This document shows, one piece after another, positions 30,291-39,524 of a DNA stretch of 64,000 nucleotides; position 1 is the first letter of the stretch, and each line of letters begins with the position of its first letter. The DNA lies in contig JASJCT010000002.1 of the NCBI GenBank assembly GCA_030065855.1, forward strand, positions 5,414-69,413, given 5' to 3'. This DNA is from Myxococcota bacterium. Lineage in GTDB: Bacteria; Myxococcota_A; Polyangia; JAAYKL01. The notes under the pieces were generated by a model. The model did not search any database. It had not been told where the DNA came from and saw nothing but the letters and a program-made list of their open reading frames with translations. A program made the translations under genes and the position numbers.

Positions 30291-31715
30291 TTACGCCCCG
30301 AGATAACTACCGCCACAGATTCTTAAGACTTCGCCGGTGATCCCGCTGGCGCCTTCACTCGATAGAAAGGTCACCGCTTCGGCTACGTCCTCAGGCAGGC
30401 CGCCCTGGAAGAGGTTGCTCAACCGGCGTCCGGCCTCGCGGATACCTTTGGGCATTGCCCCGGTCATTTTGGTCTCGATGAATCCAGGTGCTACCGCGTT
30501 GACCGTGATACCCCGCTTTGCCAGGGATGGCGCCAGCGCCTTGACATAGCCGATGATGCCGGCCTTGGACGCCGCATAATTGCTCTGTCCCATATTGCCA
30601 CCTAGGCCGGTCACTGAAGATAGGCAAATGATGCGGCCGTTCTCATTTATTGCGGGGAGAAGCGCCTCATTGACCGACATCAGGGAGATGAGATTTACAT
30701 CGAGGACCTGGTTCCAGTACCCTTCTTTCATATTGGCGAGGGTCTTATCGCGGGTGATGCCGGCATTGTGCACGAGGATGTCCAGCCCGCCGTTAAATCG
30801 CCCGTCGAGCAGCTTCTTGATTTCGTCTGCGGCTGCCGGATCTGTCAGGTCCAGGAGCAGCGGGGTACCGCCGAGTTCACTCGCCAGGACACTGACGGCC
30901 TCTTCTTCAGCTGGCCGGTCCATGCAAATGACGTGTGCGCCTTCCCGGGCCAGGACCTTGGCGATCGAAGCGCCAATGCCTCTTGCTGCACCCGTGACCA
31001 GAGCACTCTTTCTCTGCAGGGGCATTCTAAAGCGAGGAGTAGTCGAGGCTTTTGCGACAGCCGTTAGGTTGAGTGTTTGGGCAGAGACATAAACCGAGCT
31101 ATCAGAGAGCAAAAATCTCAATGCCGCACCGACCCGATCTTCAGCGCCTGGCGCCACGACGATGCGGTTGGCAGTGGATCCTTTCCTGCCGATTTCCCGG
31201 GCCACGCTGCGCACAAAACCGTCCATGGCTCTGGTCAACGCTGCCTGGGTAGGGGACTGGGTCTGCTCAGGTGGATAGCTGATGACGACGACCCGGCCGC
31301 ACGTATCGAGCTTGCGTATCCACTTGTGAAAGAATTCATAGAGCGGATTCAGGTCTTCTGGCTTGTTGATGTTGGTGCCATCAAATACCAAGCCGTGGGG
31401 GGAAAGCTTGTCTGATAGATCTGTCGATGGCAGACGGCTGCAGGCCTCGCCGAGTTCGCTGTAAGGCGTGATCTGAGCCTCATCGCCTTCAAAGAAAATG
31501 TTCGCGCCGGCCGGTCCGAGATGCTCTGCGAAATTGCGGGCCAGCTTGGTTCCTGAACCGTGATGCACAATCACCTTCAGATCTGCAATGGGGTGATCTC
31601 CCCATGGTCCTTTGTTCCTCCTCAATTTCTGTGGAAATGGAATTGGCAGGCCGAGTTTTTTTATCGTCTGCCGCGCCCGTTTGTTTGCTCCAATATTCAC
31701 TAGATAGTCACTCAT
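30291..31715 (-). CDS. fabG: High-molecular-weight 3-oxoacyl reductase (FabG4-like)
   Basis: Degenerate N-terminal SDR domain plus TGAARGIG, HNAGITRD, YAASK and PGFIET motifs. Confidence 0.9.
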   Translation of the reverse strand: MSDYLVNIGANKRARQTIKKLGLPIPFPQKLRRNKGPWGDHPIADLKVIVHHGSGTKLARNFAEHLGPAGANIFFEGDEAQITPYSELGEACSRLPSTDLSDKLSPHGLVFDGTNINKPEDLNPLYEFFHKWIRKLDTCGRVVVISYPPEQTQSPTQAALTRAMDGFVRSVAREIGRKGSTANRIVVAPGAEDRVGAALRFLLSDSSVYVSAQTLNLTAVAKASTTPRFRMPLQRKSALVTGAARGIGASIAKVLAREGAHVICMDRPAEEEAVSVLASELGGTPLLLDLTDPAAADEIKKLLDGRFNGGLDILVHNAGITRDKTLANMKEGYWNQVLDVNLISLMSVNEALLPAINENGRIICLSSVTGLGGNMGQSNYAASKAGIIGYVKALAPSLAKRGITVNAVAPGFIETKMTGAMPKGIREAGRRLSNLFQGGLPEDVAEAVTFLSSEGASGITGEVLRICGGSYLGA

Positions 31716-31728
31716 AGATCGTTCTCCT

Positions 31729-32628
31729 TTATTTAGTGGTGTAACTGCCGGTGAAACTCGCGGGGGCTCCCGGTGCCTTGCCCAAGAAGACGCCGCCCTG
31801 TTCATCGATAAACACGCCAATTGTAGCAGGTAGCACGAGAGGTCTTACAAAGCGCATTTCAAACGTTTTGAGATTGCTCACGCTGCCCGACCACAGGGAA
31901 CGATTGAGGCATTCCACTGTGCGGGCCATACCCGAGAAGCCGTGTAAAATGGTGTTCTTGAACCCGGACATGCGCGCGTAGGGGGCGAGCCAATGGACGG
32001 GGTTCACATCGCCAGTTACATATCCAAACTCGATGCCGCACTTGGTATCGAGGTTCATCTGCGCAATTTCCCGCGCATCGATAGGCACGCGGGGCCGTTC
32101 TTTCTTTTCCCGCTTCTCGCCGGGTTCGCCGTTCGATAGCGGGACGATAGCGGTAACATGGGATACGAGGCATTTGGGATGCTCAGGGGTTCCGGTCTCC
32201 AGCCGCTGGGTGAGGATGGCCTTCTTGCCATCGTCCTTAACCGATTCGAGTCGGGCCTTGAGCAGTAATGGCTCGTTTAATGGCAGCGGCTGTAACACCT
32301 CGAATCGGCACCCGCCGTTGAGGATGCGCATGAGTTTGTACGGTAGGCTATGCAGGGTGGTTGCCATGATGGGAAATCCCCACTGGGGAAACATGTGGGG
32401 GGGCAATATGCCCTTATACCACGAGGGATCCCCGCCTACTGTTTTTATGTACGCCTGCACCAGATCCAGTTGGCGCGGCGGCAAGGTCTCTTTGCGGATA
32501 GCGCGCACGGAGGCACCGTTTTTCAAGGCCGCGTTGATCGGTCCGAGCGGCATGGAGAGTGTGATTGTCTTCAGCAGGGATTTGAGGACCGGTCCCTGCT
32601 GTAATAAAAATTTTGGCGATGCTTTCAT
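31729..32628 (-). CDS. MaoC-family (double hot-dog) (R)-hydratase/dehydratase, HtdX-like
   Basis: Hydratase-2 motif TGDVNPVHW...A...GF...ILHG and FVRPLVLP. Confidence 0.9.
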   Translation of the reverse strand: MKASPKFLLQQGPVLKSLLKTITLSMPLGPINAALKNGASVRAIRKETLPPRQLDLVQAYIKTVGGDPSWYKGILPPHMFPQWGFPIMATTLHSLPYKLMRILNGGCRFEVLQPLPLNEPLLLKARLESVKDDGKKAILTQRLETGTPEHPKCLVSHVTAIVPLSNGEPGEKREKKERPRVPIDAREIAQMNLDTKCGIEFGYVTGDVNPVHWLAPYARMSGFKNTILHGFSGMARTVECLNRSLWSGSVSNLKTFEMRFVRPLVLPATIGVFIDEQGGVFLGKAPGAPASFTGSYTTK

Positions 32629-34571
32629 TAGGATGCCTTTTGTTCGGTTGCTTCTTCTTCTTCTTCTTCTTCCAGCGTTTCGAGCAGCCGCCCACCGGTC
32701 TTCGTGATCTCGGAAATGAGAAACTTGGACCTCGGCTCTGCCCTTTCCAAATATCTTTCGAGCACCTCTGCCCGCTCTGGAAATTGCTCAGACTGGCGAA
32801 GCAGCTCTTCGCAGATCGCCGCATCTGCCAACATTCGGGTCAGGCGTTCTGCGTGGAGCATGGCCAGTGCAAAGTCGCGCTTGGGGTTCCAGTTTTGAAA
32901 GATCGTGCTCCACTTGCTAAAGGGCTGGCCGCGCAGTTCCTTTGCCTTCTTTCCGGCCAATCGCGTCATCAGAAACTGCAGGGCTCGGCCGCACCGGACG
33001 CGGAGCGTGGCCACGCGGCGTTCGTTGCGGGACTTGGAAGATCGGGACAGCCACAGGGCCCGGGCATTGCTCGCCACAAAGTCCTTGGGATTTTTCAGAA
33101 TGCCCATCAGGTTGTCCTTCATGGCCATCAGGGATTGAATCTGGCTCGTGCCCTCGTAAATCGGCAGCACCATGGCGTCGCGCAAGAGTTTTTCAGCGCC
33201 GAATTCGGTCGAGTATCCATAGCCACCGTGGATTTGAATACTGCGCCGACTTATTTCAATCGCCTTTTCAGCGCCCTGGTATTTGAGCAAAGGCGTGAGC
33301 ATGCGCGATGTCATCTGGTGCTGTTTCATCTCCCTTTCCATTGCTTTTCGCTCTTTCTCATCTGCAGGGGGCATGAACATGAGCATCAGGTTGAGCTTTT
33401 GTGTCATCTCTTCGTGATACGAAGACTTGACGGCCAGGGCGCGCAGTCCCTGAATATCTGTTTGCATTTCATCCAGGTAATCCGCGATCATTTCGTGTTT
33501 GTCAATGGTCTTGCCCATGCTGAAACGCTCAGCTGCGTACTCTTTGGCCAGACGCAGGGCGTTTTCAGCAATGCCGATGGATTCAAACCCGACGCCCACG
33601 CGCGCATTATTCATCAACATGAGCATGTACTTGAAGCCTTCGCCCCGCTTTCCAATGAGCTCGGCCGGGGATTCGTCATAACCAATGGACACTGTGGCAG
33701 AGCCGTGATGGCCGAGTTTGTCTTCTAGGGAATCAAAAGTCGCGTAGTGGGTGCGGTTGCCGTTTTCGTCATCTTCAAATGCCTTGACAAGAAACATGGA
33801 TAGGCCTTTGAGACCGGCAAAGGCGTCGGCGGTGTCTTCCTGTTTTTCTGTGCGCGCGATAACAAAATGATACTTGGCGTGGCCAGAGGTGATAAAGATT
33901 TTCTGACCGGAAACCCGCCAGATCCCGTCCTTATCTTTTACGGCCTTGGTCGACATGGCGGCCATATCGCTGCCCGCGCCCGGCTCGGTGATGTCCATAC
34001 TGCCCCAGGCTTTGCCAGCGATGATCTCCTGGATGGCATCTTCAAAGCGGGTTTTTTTGATTTCTAAATTATCGAGGTCGAACTCAGTCGATCCCTCCAT
34101 GATAGAGAAGAGGAGCATGGCCATTGCCATGCCGCCGTGGAATCCATTGTGTGCAGTTATGGACACATCAGCCCTCGCCATGATTTCGTTTAAGAGCATG
34201 AAGAGGACAAAGGGGCAGTTCATCCCACCCAGCCCGCGCGGCAGACACAACCCATGAAGTTCTAAGTCGTTGATTTTCTCAAAAATAGTATCTGTCACAT
34301 CGGGAAAGTGAACGATGCCGTCCTTCAGGTGAGGGTGTTCCTCATCCAGCTTTTTGGCATGGGGTGCGATTTCATTTGCCGTGAACTCCCCTACCATTTC
34401 CAGGATGCTGCGGTAGACATCCAGGGCTTCGTCCAGGTCTTTGAATCCGTCCGGTGCCTTGTAATCGAACTCGGTGAGCTCCACGAGGGGTTCCCAGTCA
34501 ATGTACTTATCGACATAAAATTTGAGATCCTCGTTATCGGTATAAAAATTACCTGATCTAAAATTTGCCAT
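32628..34571 (-). CDS. Acyl-CoA dehydrogenase
   Basis: MDITEPGAGSD, GQKIFIT, EDKLGHHGS, MNNARV, QIHGGYGY and PIYEGT motifs; GGAGG RBS. Confidence 0.95.
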   Translation of the reverse strand: MANFRSGNFYTDNEDLKFYVDKYIDWEPLVELTEFDYKAPDGFKDLDEALDVYRSILEMVGEFTANEIAPHAKKLDEEHPHLKDGIVHFPDVTDTIFEKINDLELHGLCLPRGLGGMNCPFVLFMLLNEIMARADVSITAHNGFHGGMAMAMLLFSIMEGSTEFDLDNLEIKKTRFEDAIQEIIAGKAWGSMDITEPGAGSDMAAMSTKAVKDKDGIWRVSGQKIFITSGHAKYHFVIARTEKQEDTADAFAGLKGLSMFLVKAFEDDENGNRTHYATFDSLEDKLGHHGSATVSIGYDESPAELIGKRGEGFKYMLMLMNNARVGVGFESIGIAENALRLAKEYAAERFSMGKTIDKHEMIADYLDEMQTDIQGLRALAVKSSYHEEMTQKLNLMLMFMPPADEKERKAMEREMKQHQMTSRMLTPLLKYQGAEKAIEISRRSIQIHGGYGYSTEFGAEKLLRDAMVLPIYEGTSQIQSLMAMKDNLMGILKNPKDFVASNARALWLSRSSKSRNERRVATLRVRCGRALQFLMTRLAGKKAKELRGQPFSKWSTIFQNWNPKRDFALAMLHAERLTRMLADAAICEELLRQSEQFPERAEVLERYLERAEPRSKFLISEITKTGGRLLETLEEEEEEEATEQKAS

Positions 34572-34669
34572 TTTTTCCTCCAAAACGGTCCGTGCGTTGT
34601 TTTTTTCGATGACAAAAATCGAATTTTCTTATCACCATAACTGTTAGAGTTTTGACCATAGAAATAAAA

Positions 34670-34681
34670 CCAGTCGACTGG
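34670..34681. promoter_or_regulatory. Palindromic operator candidate upstream of the fatty-acyl-CoA operon
   Basis: Perfect 12-bp palindrome CCAGTCGACTGG in AT-rich DNA about 100 bp upstream of the ACAD start. Confidence 0.5.
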
Positions 34682-34863
34682 AATTTAAATTCCGGATGCC
34701 AAATCGCCGACGGGATTATGATTTAAAACGATATATCTGACAAGACCTCTATTCAACTTGATGAATGAGCGTGGCCGTGGGCCATATTGAAGATTGGACT
34801 ACCGAACGCCTAATTAGGCTATGATTGAGCTATGATAGTATGGGTAAGAGGGCTATATGAGGG

Positions 34864-35460
34864 CTATTTTGCGCCTGCAGCGACCAGGGATTGAATCACC
34901 TTCTGGGCCATAGCAGCTGCCTCTGCTCGTGTGGATATTCTCTTTAAATACTTGAGTTTCTTATCTTTTCCAACCACCATGACCACATCCACATCGTCGC
35001 AGTTACCCAGTTGCCACTTGCTCTTTAAGGCGTGTTCCTGATCCACATAAATCGGCGAGTACTTGAATGGAATGCCCTTTTTTTCCCGCTCTTCTATCGA
35101 GCTTTTAATGGCTGCTCTGATGACGAAATTGGGAATCCAGGTGTCCTTGGTGTTCACGATGCCCATACCGAGGAATTTTTTCCTATCCAGTATCCCATCG
35201 TCTGTGGCCTTTTTCAACGCGTCGGTGATGACATTTTCAGGCTTGTTTTTCACATCCGGGTCTACGTAGATGATGTAAAGTGCTTTTTTGCCAAACTGGG
35301 GGATAACCGCGGGCTTTTTGCGCGTCGTGAGAATATCTACATTGCTTAGGGCTTCTCCAATGTCTGCAGCCTCGGCCACGTGGCTTGGCAAAGACCAACT
35401 TACGCCAAGGGTTACCACGAGAGCGACGATGTACAAGCCAGTATCTTTTTTCACTTTCAC
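34864..35460 (-). CDS. YtfJ-family (thioredoxin-like) secreted protein
   Basis: GGAGG RBS before GTG; IIYVDPD, GIVNTKDTWIP, YVDQ...KWQLG and VMVVGKD resemble YtfJ/HI0045. Confidence 0.7.
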   Translation of the reverse strand: MKVKKDTGLYIVALVVTLGVSWSLPSHVAEAADIGEALSNVDILTTRKKPAVIPQFGKKALYIIYVDPDVKNKPENVITDALKKATDDGILDRKKFLGMGIVNTKDTWIPNFVIRAAIKSSIEEREKKGIPFKYSPIYVDQEHALKSKWQLGNCDDVDVVMVVGKDKKLKYLKRISTRAEAAAMAQKVIQSLVAAGAK

Positions 35461-35592
35461 TGCAACTCCTCCCTTTTTCGCCTCCGCGCTTGCGGTGCTT
35501 TTAGTAGTGACGATAAATTCTGACAATATCTTCACTCACTTTAGATAGCAGGGTTGGGGATATTTAACGAAATCGTCTTTGGCGGAAGAAAA

Positions 35593-36624
35593 TTAATCCT
35601 GTTCAGAGGGTTCTTTGGGCGGCGGAGGAACATCGAATTCCGGCCTTAACTGGGATGGTTCCCGCCAGTCCGGGGTGTAGGTCATGCTGACCATGATGCC
35701 GATATTGTCGGTCGATGCGGCTTTGGCCGCTGAGATGTCTGCATTGGGACCGTTGGCAGCAGCGATGGGGAGCCAGGCCCTTAATCCGATTGCAAACCTG
35801 CGACTGCTGACGAAAAAATCAAACCCAGGCTCCAGGGCCAAGGTAAAGTGACGTGTTCGAAATCCGTTATTATATACCGGTCCGACCACGGTGGGCTCTG
35901 TATCATCGTGAAAGTGTCCCCCCTCGTAGTAGTGAGCCTCGTAATGATCAATTTCATGCCATGTGTTCTGGCCGTCGTAGACATGCCACCGATGCTGCAT
36001 AAAGCTATACCCCATGGCCACTTCAACGAATGGGACAAACCGGCAATACGGCCACTGCAGCCGCACAGCGCCGCCCAAGTGCCCGCCGAGTTTGGCGCCG
36101 ATGTATTTATAATCGCTCGGGTCATCGCGATCGTAAACAAACGGCCTGCGGTTTGTGGCCCCGGTGATGGTCACTGAAAAATTTGCCACCAACCCGAGCC
36201 ATTTCAAAAAGAGGTACCCGGTCTTTACGCCGAAGATGCCGCCGATATCCGGGTCAAAGGGAATTCTGTTGGCTTGCAACCCGGGTGCGCTGGTGGTTGC
36301 ATTGGACATTCGAAAGTTGGGCAGGGCAATACCAAAACCGAAATTGATGAAATATCCCGGTGGCTTATCAGGTGGCTCAGGCGTGATGTACATGCGCCGT
36401 TTGCAATACTGGTACCGATGGCAGGACGGCTCAAAGCAGTCGATATATCCATTACCATTGTTGTCCAAGCCATCGCGACATTCCAGTCCATGCTCGGGTC
36501 TTCTGGGGCCGACAGTGGTGGCTGTTTCATCAGAAGATTTTGGTGCGTCCTCACCGGCTGTGGCCAAAAGCGCCAGTAACGTAGATATGCATCCAGCCAT
36601 CATCCCTACAAGTAAACATTTCAT
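35593..36624 (-). CDS. Secreted protein with a Cys/Asp Ca-binding-type motif and a probable outer-membrane beta-barrel
   Basis: Signal peptide, CRDGLDNNGNGYIDCFEPSC, then amphipathic beta-strands. The ORF-track extension to 36846 is repeat read-through. Confidence 0.65.
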   Translation of the reverse strand: MKCLLVGMMAGCISTLLALLATAGEDAPKSSDETATTVGPRRPEHGLECRDGLDNNGNGYIDCFEPSCHRYQYCKRRMYITPEPPDKPPGYFINFGFGIALPNFRMSNATTSAPGLQANRIPFDPDIGGIFGVKTGYLFLKWLGLVANFSVTITGATNRRPFVYDRDDPSDYKYIGAKLGGHLGGAVRLQWPYCRFVPFVEVAMGYSFMQHRWHVYDGQNTWHEIDHYEAHYYEGGHFHDDTEPTVVGPVYNNGFRTRHFTLALEPGFDFFVSSRRFAIGLRAWLPIAAANGPNADISAAKAASTDNIGIMVSMTYTPDWREPSQLRPEFDVPPPPKEPSEQD

Positions 36625-36704
36625 TTTATTCTCCATTCTCGCGGATCGGCGAACAAGTAAATTCTCGTGCAAAACGAAGCATAGGGCAAGAGATCTATTT
36701 CCAC

Positions 36705-36947
36705 CCTCGTCGTAGGGGCGCATCGGGATGCGCCCGTTGTCATGCGATGCGCCCTGTCCCAGGGACCAATCGGGGGACGGACCAATCGGGGGACGGACCA
36801 TCGGGGGACGGACCATCGGGGGACGGACCATCGGGGGACGGACCAATCGGGGGACGGACCAATCGGGGGACGGACCATCGGGGGACGGACCATCGGGGGA
36901 CGGACCATCGGGGGACGGGCGGTTCGCGAACCGCCCCTACGACGAGG
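36705..36947. repeat. REPIN-like element: inverted pair of GTAG-family REPs
   Basis: GTAGGGGCGCATCGGGATGCGCCC (36712-36735) and, on the minus strand, GTAGGGGCGGTTCGCGAACCGCCC (36917-36940). The outer 16 bp CCTCGTCGTAGGGGCG form a perfect inverted repeat. Confidence 0.85.
36765..36918 (+). repeat. Tandem array of ACCA(A)TCGGGGGACGG, 10 units
   Basis: 16-bp (A) and 15-bp (B) units in the order AABBBAABBB. Confidence 0.97.
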
Positions 36948-37028
36948 TCGCTGTGACAAAACCATTATCAAACCGTGATTGATCGAAAAAAGAGGGTGCT
37001 TATTCATTAAAAGGTTAGGAGGTGCAGG

Positions 37029-37346
37029 ATGAAACGAATAGCATTGATTCTAGTCTTGGTGGCGCTGTTTGGAGCAGGAAATGTTATGGCCGAAGATGCG
37101 CCAAAGGCCTCGGATAACGAACAGTCCATGCAGTCTGCCCTTGATGAGGCCCGGGAGATGAGAGACAAGCGCCTGAAGCAGCTTAAGGCGGAGCGGGTCC
37201 TGTTTGAGTCTACTTGGAAGGCAGCCGGACTGTATCTGCCAAGCAGTAACAACGGCAGCTTCTGGACCTTTGATTTAGAAAAATCTTCCAGTGCTGAAGG
37301 TACGTCCGCCGAAACGAATACCTGCACAGAGAACGCAGTTTGCTAG
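37029..37346 (+). CDS. Small secreted hypothetical protein
   Basis: AGGAGGT RBS, signal peptide ending VMA, and a coiled-coil segment. Confidence 0.75.
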   Translation: MKRIALILVLVALFGAGNVMAEDAPKASDNEQSMQSALDEAREMRDKRLKQLKAERVLFESTWKAAGLYLPSSNNGSFWTFDLEKSSSAEGTSAETNTCTENAVC

Positions 37347-37347
37347 G

Positions 37348-39345
37348 TTACTGATCCGTTTTTCTGGCAGCACCGAGCAACAACACGCAGATAATGGTGA
37401 AAATTGCCACGGCTGCGATATTTCCGCCAGTCTCTCGCGTTTCCCACCACTTGCCAAAGAACCCGTCCCACTGTGTCAGATCTAGCTTGATGACGAGAAA
37501 TGCATACACGGCGATGAGCACGCCCATGACCCCTTCTCCGGCTATCAATCCGGATCCAAAGAGGATGCCCTTTTCCTTGCGCGCCTTTTTCAAGTCTTGG
37601 TTGCCTGTGATGCGCTCTTCGACGAAGTACCTGATTACCCCCCCAGCGTATACCGGCACCATGGTGGCCAGCGGCAAATAGAGGCCCACGGCAAAGGGCA
37701 GTGCGGGCAGTCCCATAACAGCAGCAGCCCCTGCGATAGCTGCGCCGGCCAGGATGAGCTCCCACGGCAGATTTCCAGATAACACGCCGTCTATCATCGT
37801 TTTCATCAGGGTGCCCTGGGGTGCTGGAACAGCTTCGGAGCCAAAAATGCTGGCCCCAGTTGCCGGATCTGTACCGAGGAGTTTTACGACGTAGCAGATG
37901 ACCCCTGCTGATACGATAGCGCCGATGATTTCAGATATCTGCTGTTTCCACGGGGTTGCACCGAGTAGGTATCCAGTTTTGAGATCCTGGGAGATATCGC
38001 CGGAGATCGACGCGGCCACACACACCACCGTGCCCACGGTGAGGGCCGCTGTCTTGTGTACGTCGCTCGTCCATCCAAGGGCGTAAAAAATGCCTGCCGT
38101 GAACAGCAGCGTGACAATGGTCATGCCGGATGTCGGATTGGACGAGACGCCGATCATACCCACGATTCTGGATGCAACCGCCACAAAGAGATAGGCAAAC
38201 AAGACCACGGCCAGGGCGACGACGAATCGCATGCCGCCACTTGAATCCTCGCCAGCGACAAATGGAAGCGCTACGATTGAAATGATCACCAGGCCAATGC
38301 CCAAGCCAAGTGCCCAGCCTGGCAAATCCCGGTCTGTTCGCTGGTCCGCGGCCAATTGCGCAGCTGCTTGGCGACCTTTTTGCGTTACGCCGCGAAGGGT
38401 GCCCTTTAGTGCCTCGATCATCATCGGCAGGGATCGAATGACCGTGATGATCCCAGCGCACGCCACAGCACCTGCACCGATAGGACGCACGAAGTTGTAC
38501 CAGACCTGCCTGGCCGACATGGCGCCGATGGTCATCTCTATCGACTGTCCGTTGACGACGATAGACGTGGCAAACATCGGGCCAAAATGGGCGATGAGGG
38601 GCGTAAGGACCAGGGCAGAAATGACGCCGCCGGCCACCATAATGGCGGAAATGCGATATCCCAAAATATATCCCACACCCACAAGTGCGGGCGCCACTTC
38701 TGCTGCGAATACGGCCTTTTTGAGCTTGGGCAGAGCAAAGGCGAACTTAGCCGGCCAGAGGGACGCAAGCTCGCAGAGCGCCTTGAACACCGCCCCCCAC
38801 AGCATGCCGATAAACACCGGCCGCGCCCGGGTGCCCCCTTTTTCCGCTGCAATGAGCACCTGTGCGCTCGCCGTGCCCTCTGGATAGGGCAGGGTATGGT
38901 GTTCCCTAACAATCAGGAACCGGCGCAGGGGAATCATGAGCAAAATGCCGAGAACCGCACCGGTCATCCCAAGGGCGACCATCTTCAGCAGGCTCGGTAT
39001 TTCACCCACCCCTTCAGCGCTCCACATAAACAGCGCGGGCAGGGTAAAAATGACCCCAGCCGCAACAGATGAGGACGCGCTCCCCGCGGTCTGGGAAATA
39101 TTAAATTCGAGGATTGTCGCCTTTCCCCACAGCGGGCTGAGCAACCTGAAAACCACGACCGAAATGACCGCAAGGGGAACGGCCGTGCTCACGGTGAGCC
39201 CCACCTTGAGACCCAAGTACGCGTTCGCAGAACCAAATAGACAGCCGAACAACACGCCGATAATGACCGTCTTTGCATTGAAGTCCCGCATCACTTGGGT
39301 CGCCGGGACAAACGGCGTAAATTTAGTGTTTGTAGTATCGGCCAT
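37348..39345 (-). CDS. OPT-family oligopeptide transporter
   Basis: NAYLGLKVG, GVIFTLPA, LPYPEGTA, SSNPTSG, QDLKTGYLLGATP, APQGTLM and SGLIAGE motifs. Confidence 0.95.
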   Translation of the reverse strand: MADTTNTKFTPFVPATQVMRDFNAKTVIIGVLFGCLFGSANAYLGLKVGLTVSTAVPLAVISVVVFRLLSPLWGKATILEFNISQTAGSASSSVAAGVIFTLPALFMWSAEGVGEIPSLLKMVALGMTGAVLGILLMIPLRRFLIVREHHTLPYPEGTASAQVLIAAEKGGTRARPVFIGMLWGAVFKALCELASLWPAKFAFALPKLKKAVFAAEVAPALVGVGYILGYRISAIMVAGGVISALVLTPLIAHFGPMFATSIVVNGQSIEMTIGAMSARQVWYNFVRPIGAGAVACAGIITVIRSLPMMIEALKGTLRGVTQKGRQAAAQLAADQRTDRDLPGWALGLGIGLVIISIVALPFVAGEDSSGGMRFVVALAVVLFAYLFVAVASRIVGMIGVSSNPTSGMTIVTLLFTAGIFYALGWTSDVHKTAALTVGTVVCVAASISGDISQDLKTGYLLGATPWKQQISEIIGAIVSAGVICYVVKLLGTDPATGASIFGSEAVPAPQGTLMKTMIDGVLSGNLPWELILAGAAIAGAAAVMGLPALPFAVGLYLPLATMVPVYAGGVIRYFVEERITGNQDLKKARKEKGILFGSGLIAGEGVMGVLIAVYAFLVIKLDLTQWDGFFGKWWETRETGGNIAAVAIFTIICVLLLGAARKTDQ

Positions 39346-39524
39346 AACCCTGGGTTTCTCCTCGTTCAGAAGTTGCCGACGGACCGTAGCACGGACCCAT
39401 TCGAAGACCAAGTACCCAAGCGAAGAACTTCGACAACTGGGGAGGGTTGAGAAGCTTTAATACAATATGTCTGAGTAGTGTTAAAAGAAAGTTGGCAAGC
39501 GTCGATACTGCTTTGTGCAATCAT

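Noticed and set aside
32650-32672. (TTC)n microsatellite as a phase-variation site
   Set aside because: It is an in-frame triplet run encoding a C-terminal poly-Glu tail, so length change would not shift the frame.
32613-33728. 371-aa plus-strand ORF and similar long antisense ORFs (e.g. 32033-32707, 38231-38887, 52988-53641)
   Set aside because: They are shadows of well-supported genes on the opposite strand and carry no motifs.
36625-36846. N-terminal MVRPP-repeat extension of the 417-aa ORF and other ORFs over the array
   Set aside because: These are read-through of non-coding repeats; the RBS and signal peptide indicate a start at 36624.
36765-36918. CRISPR or guide-RNA array
   Set aside because: The units are contiguous 15-16 bp repeats with no unique spacers, and no cas or Nop-domain genes are present. 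The same applies to the arrays at 60076 and 61282.
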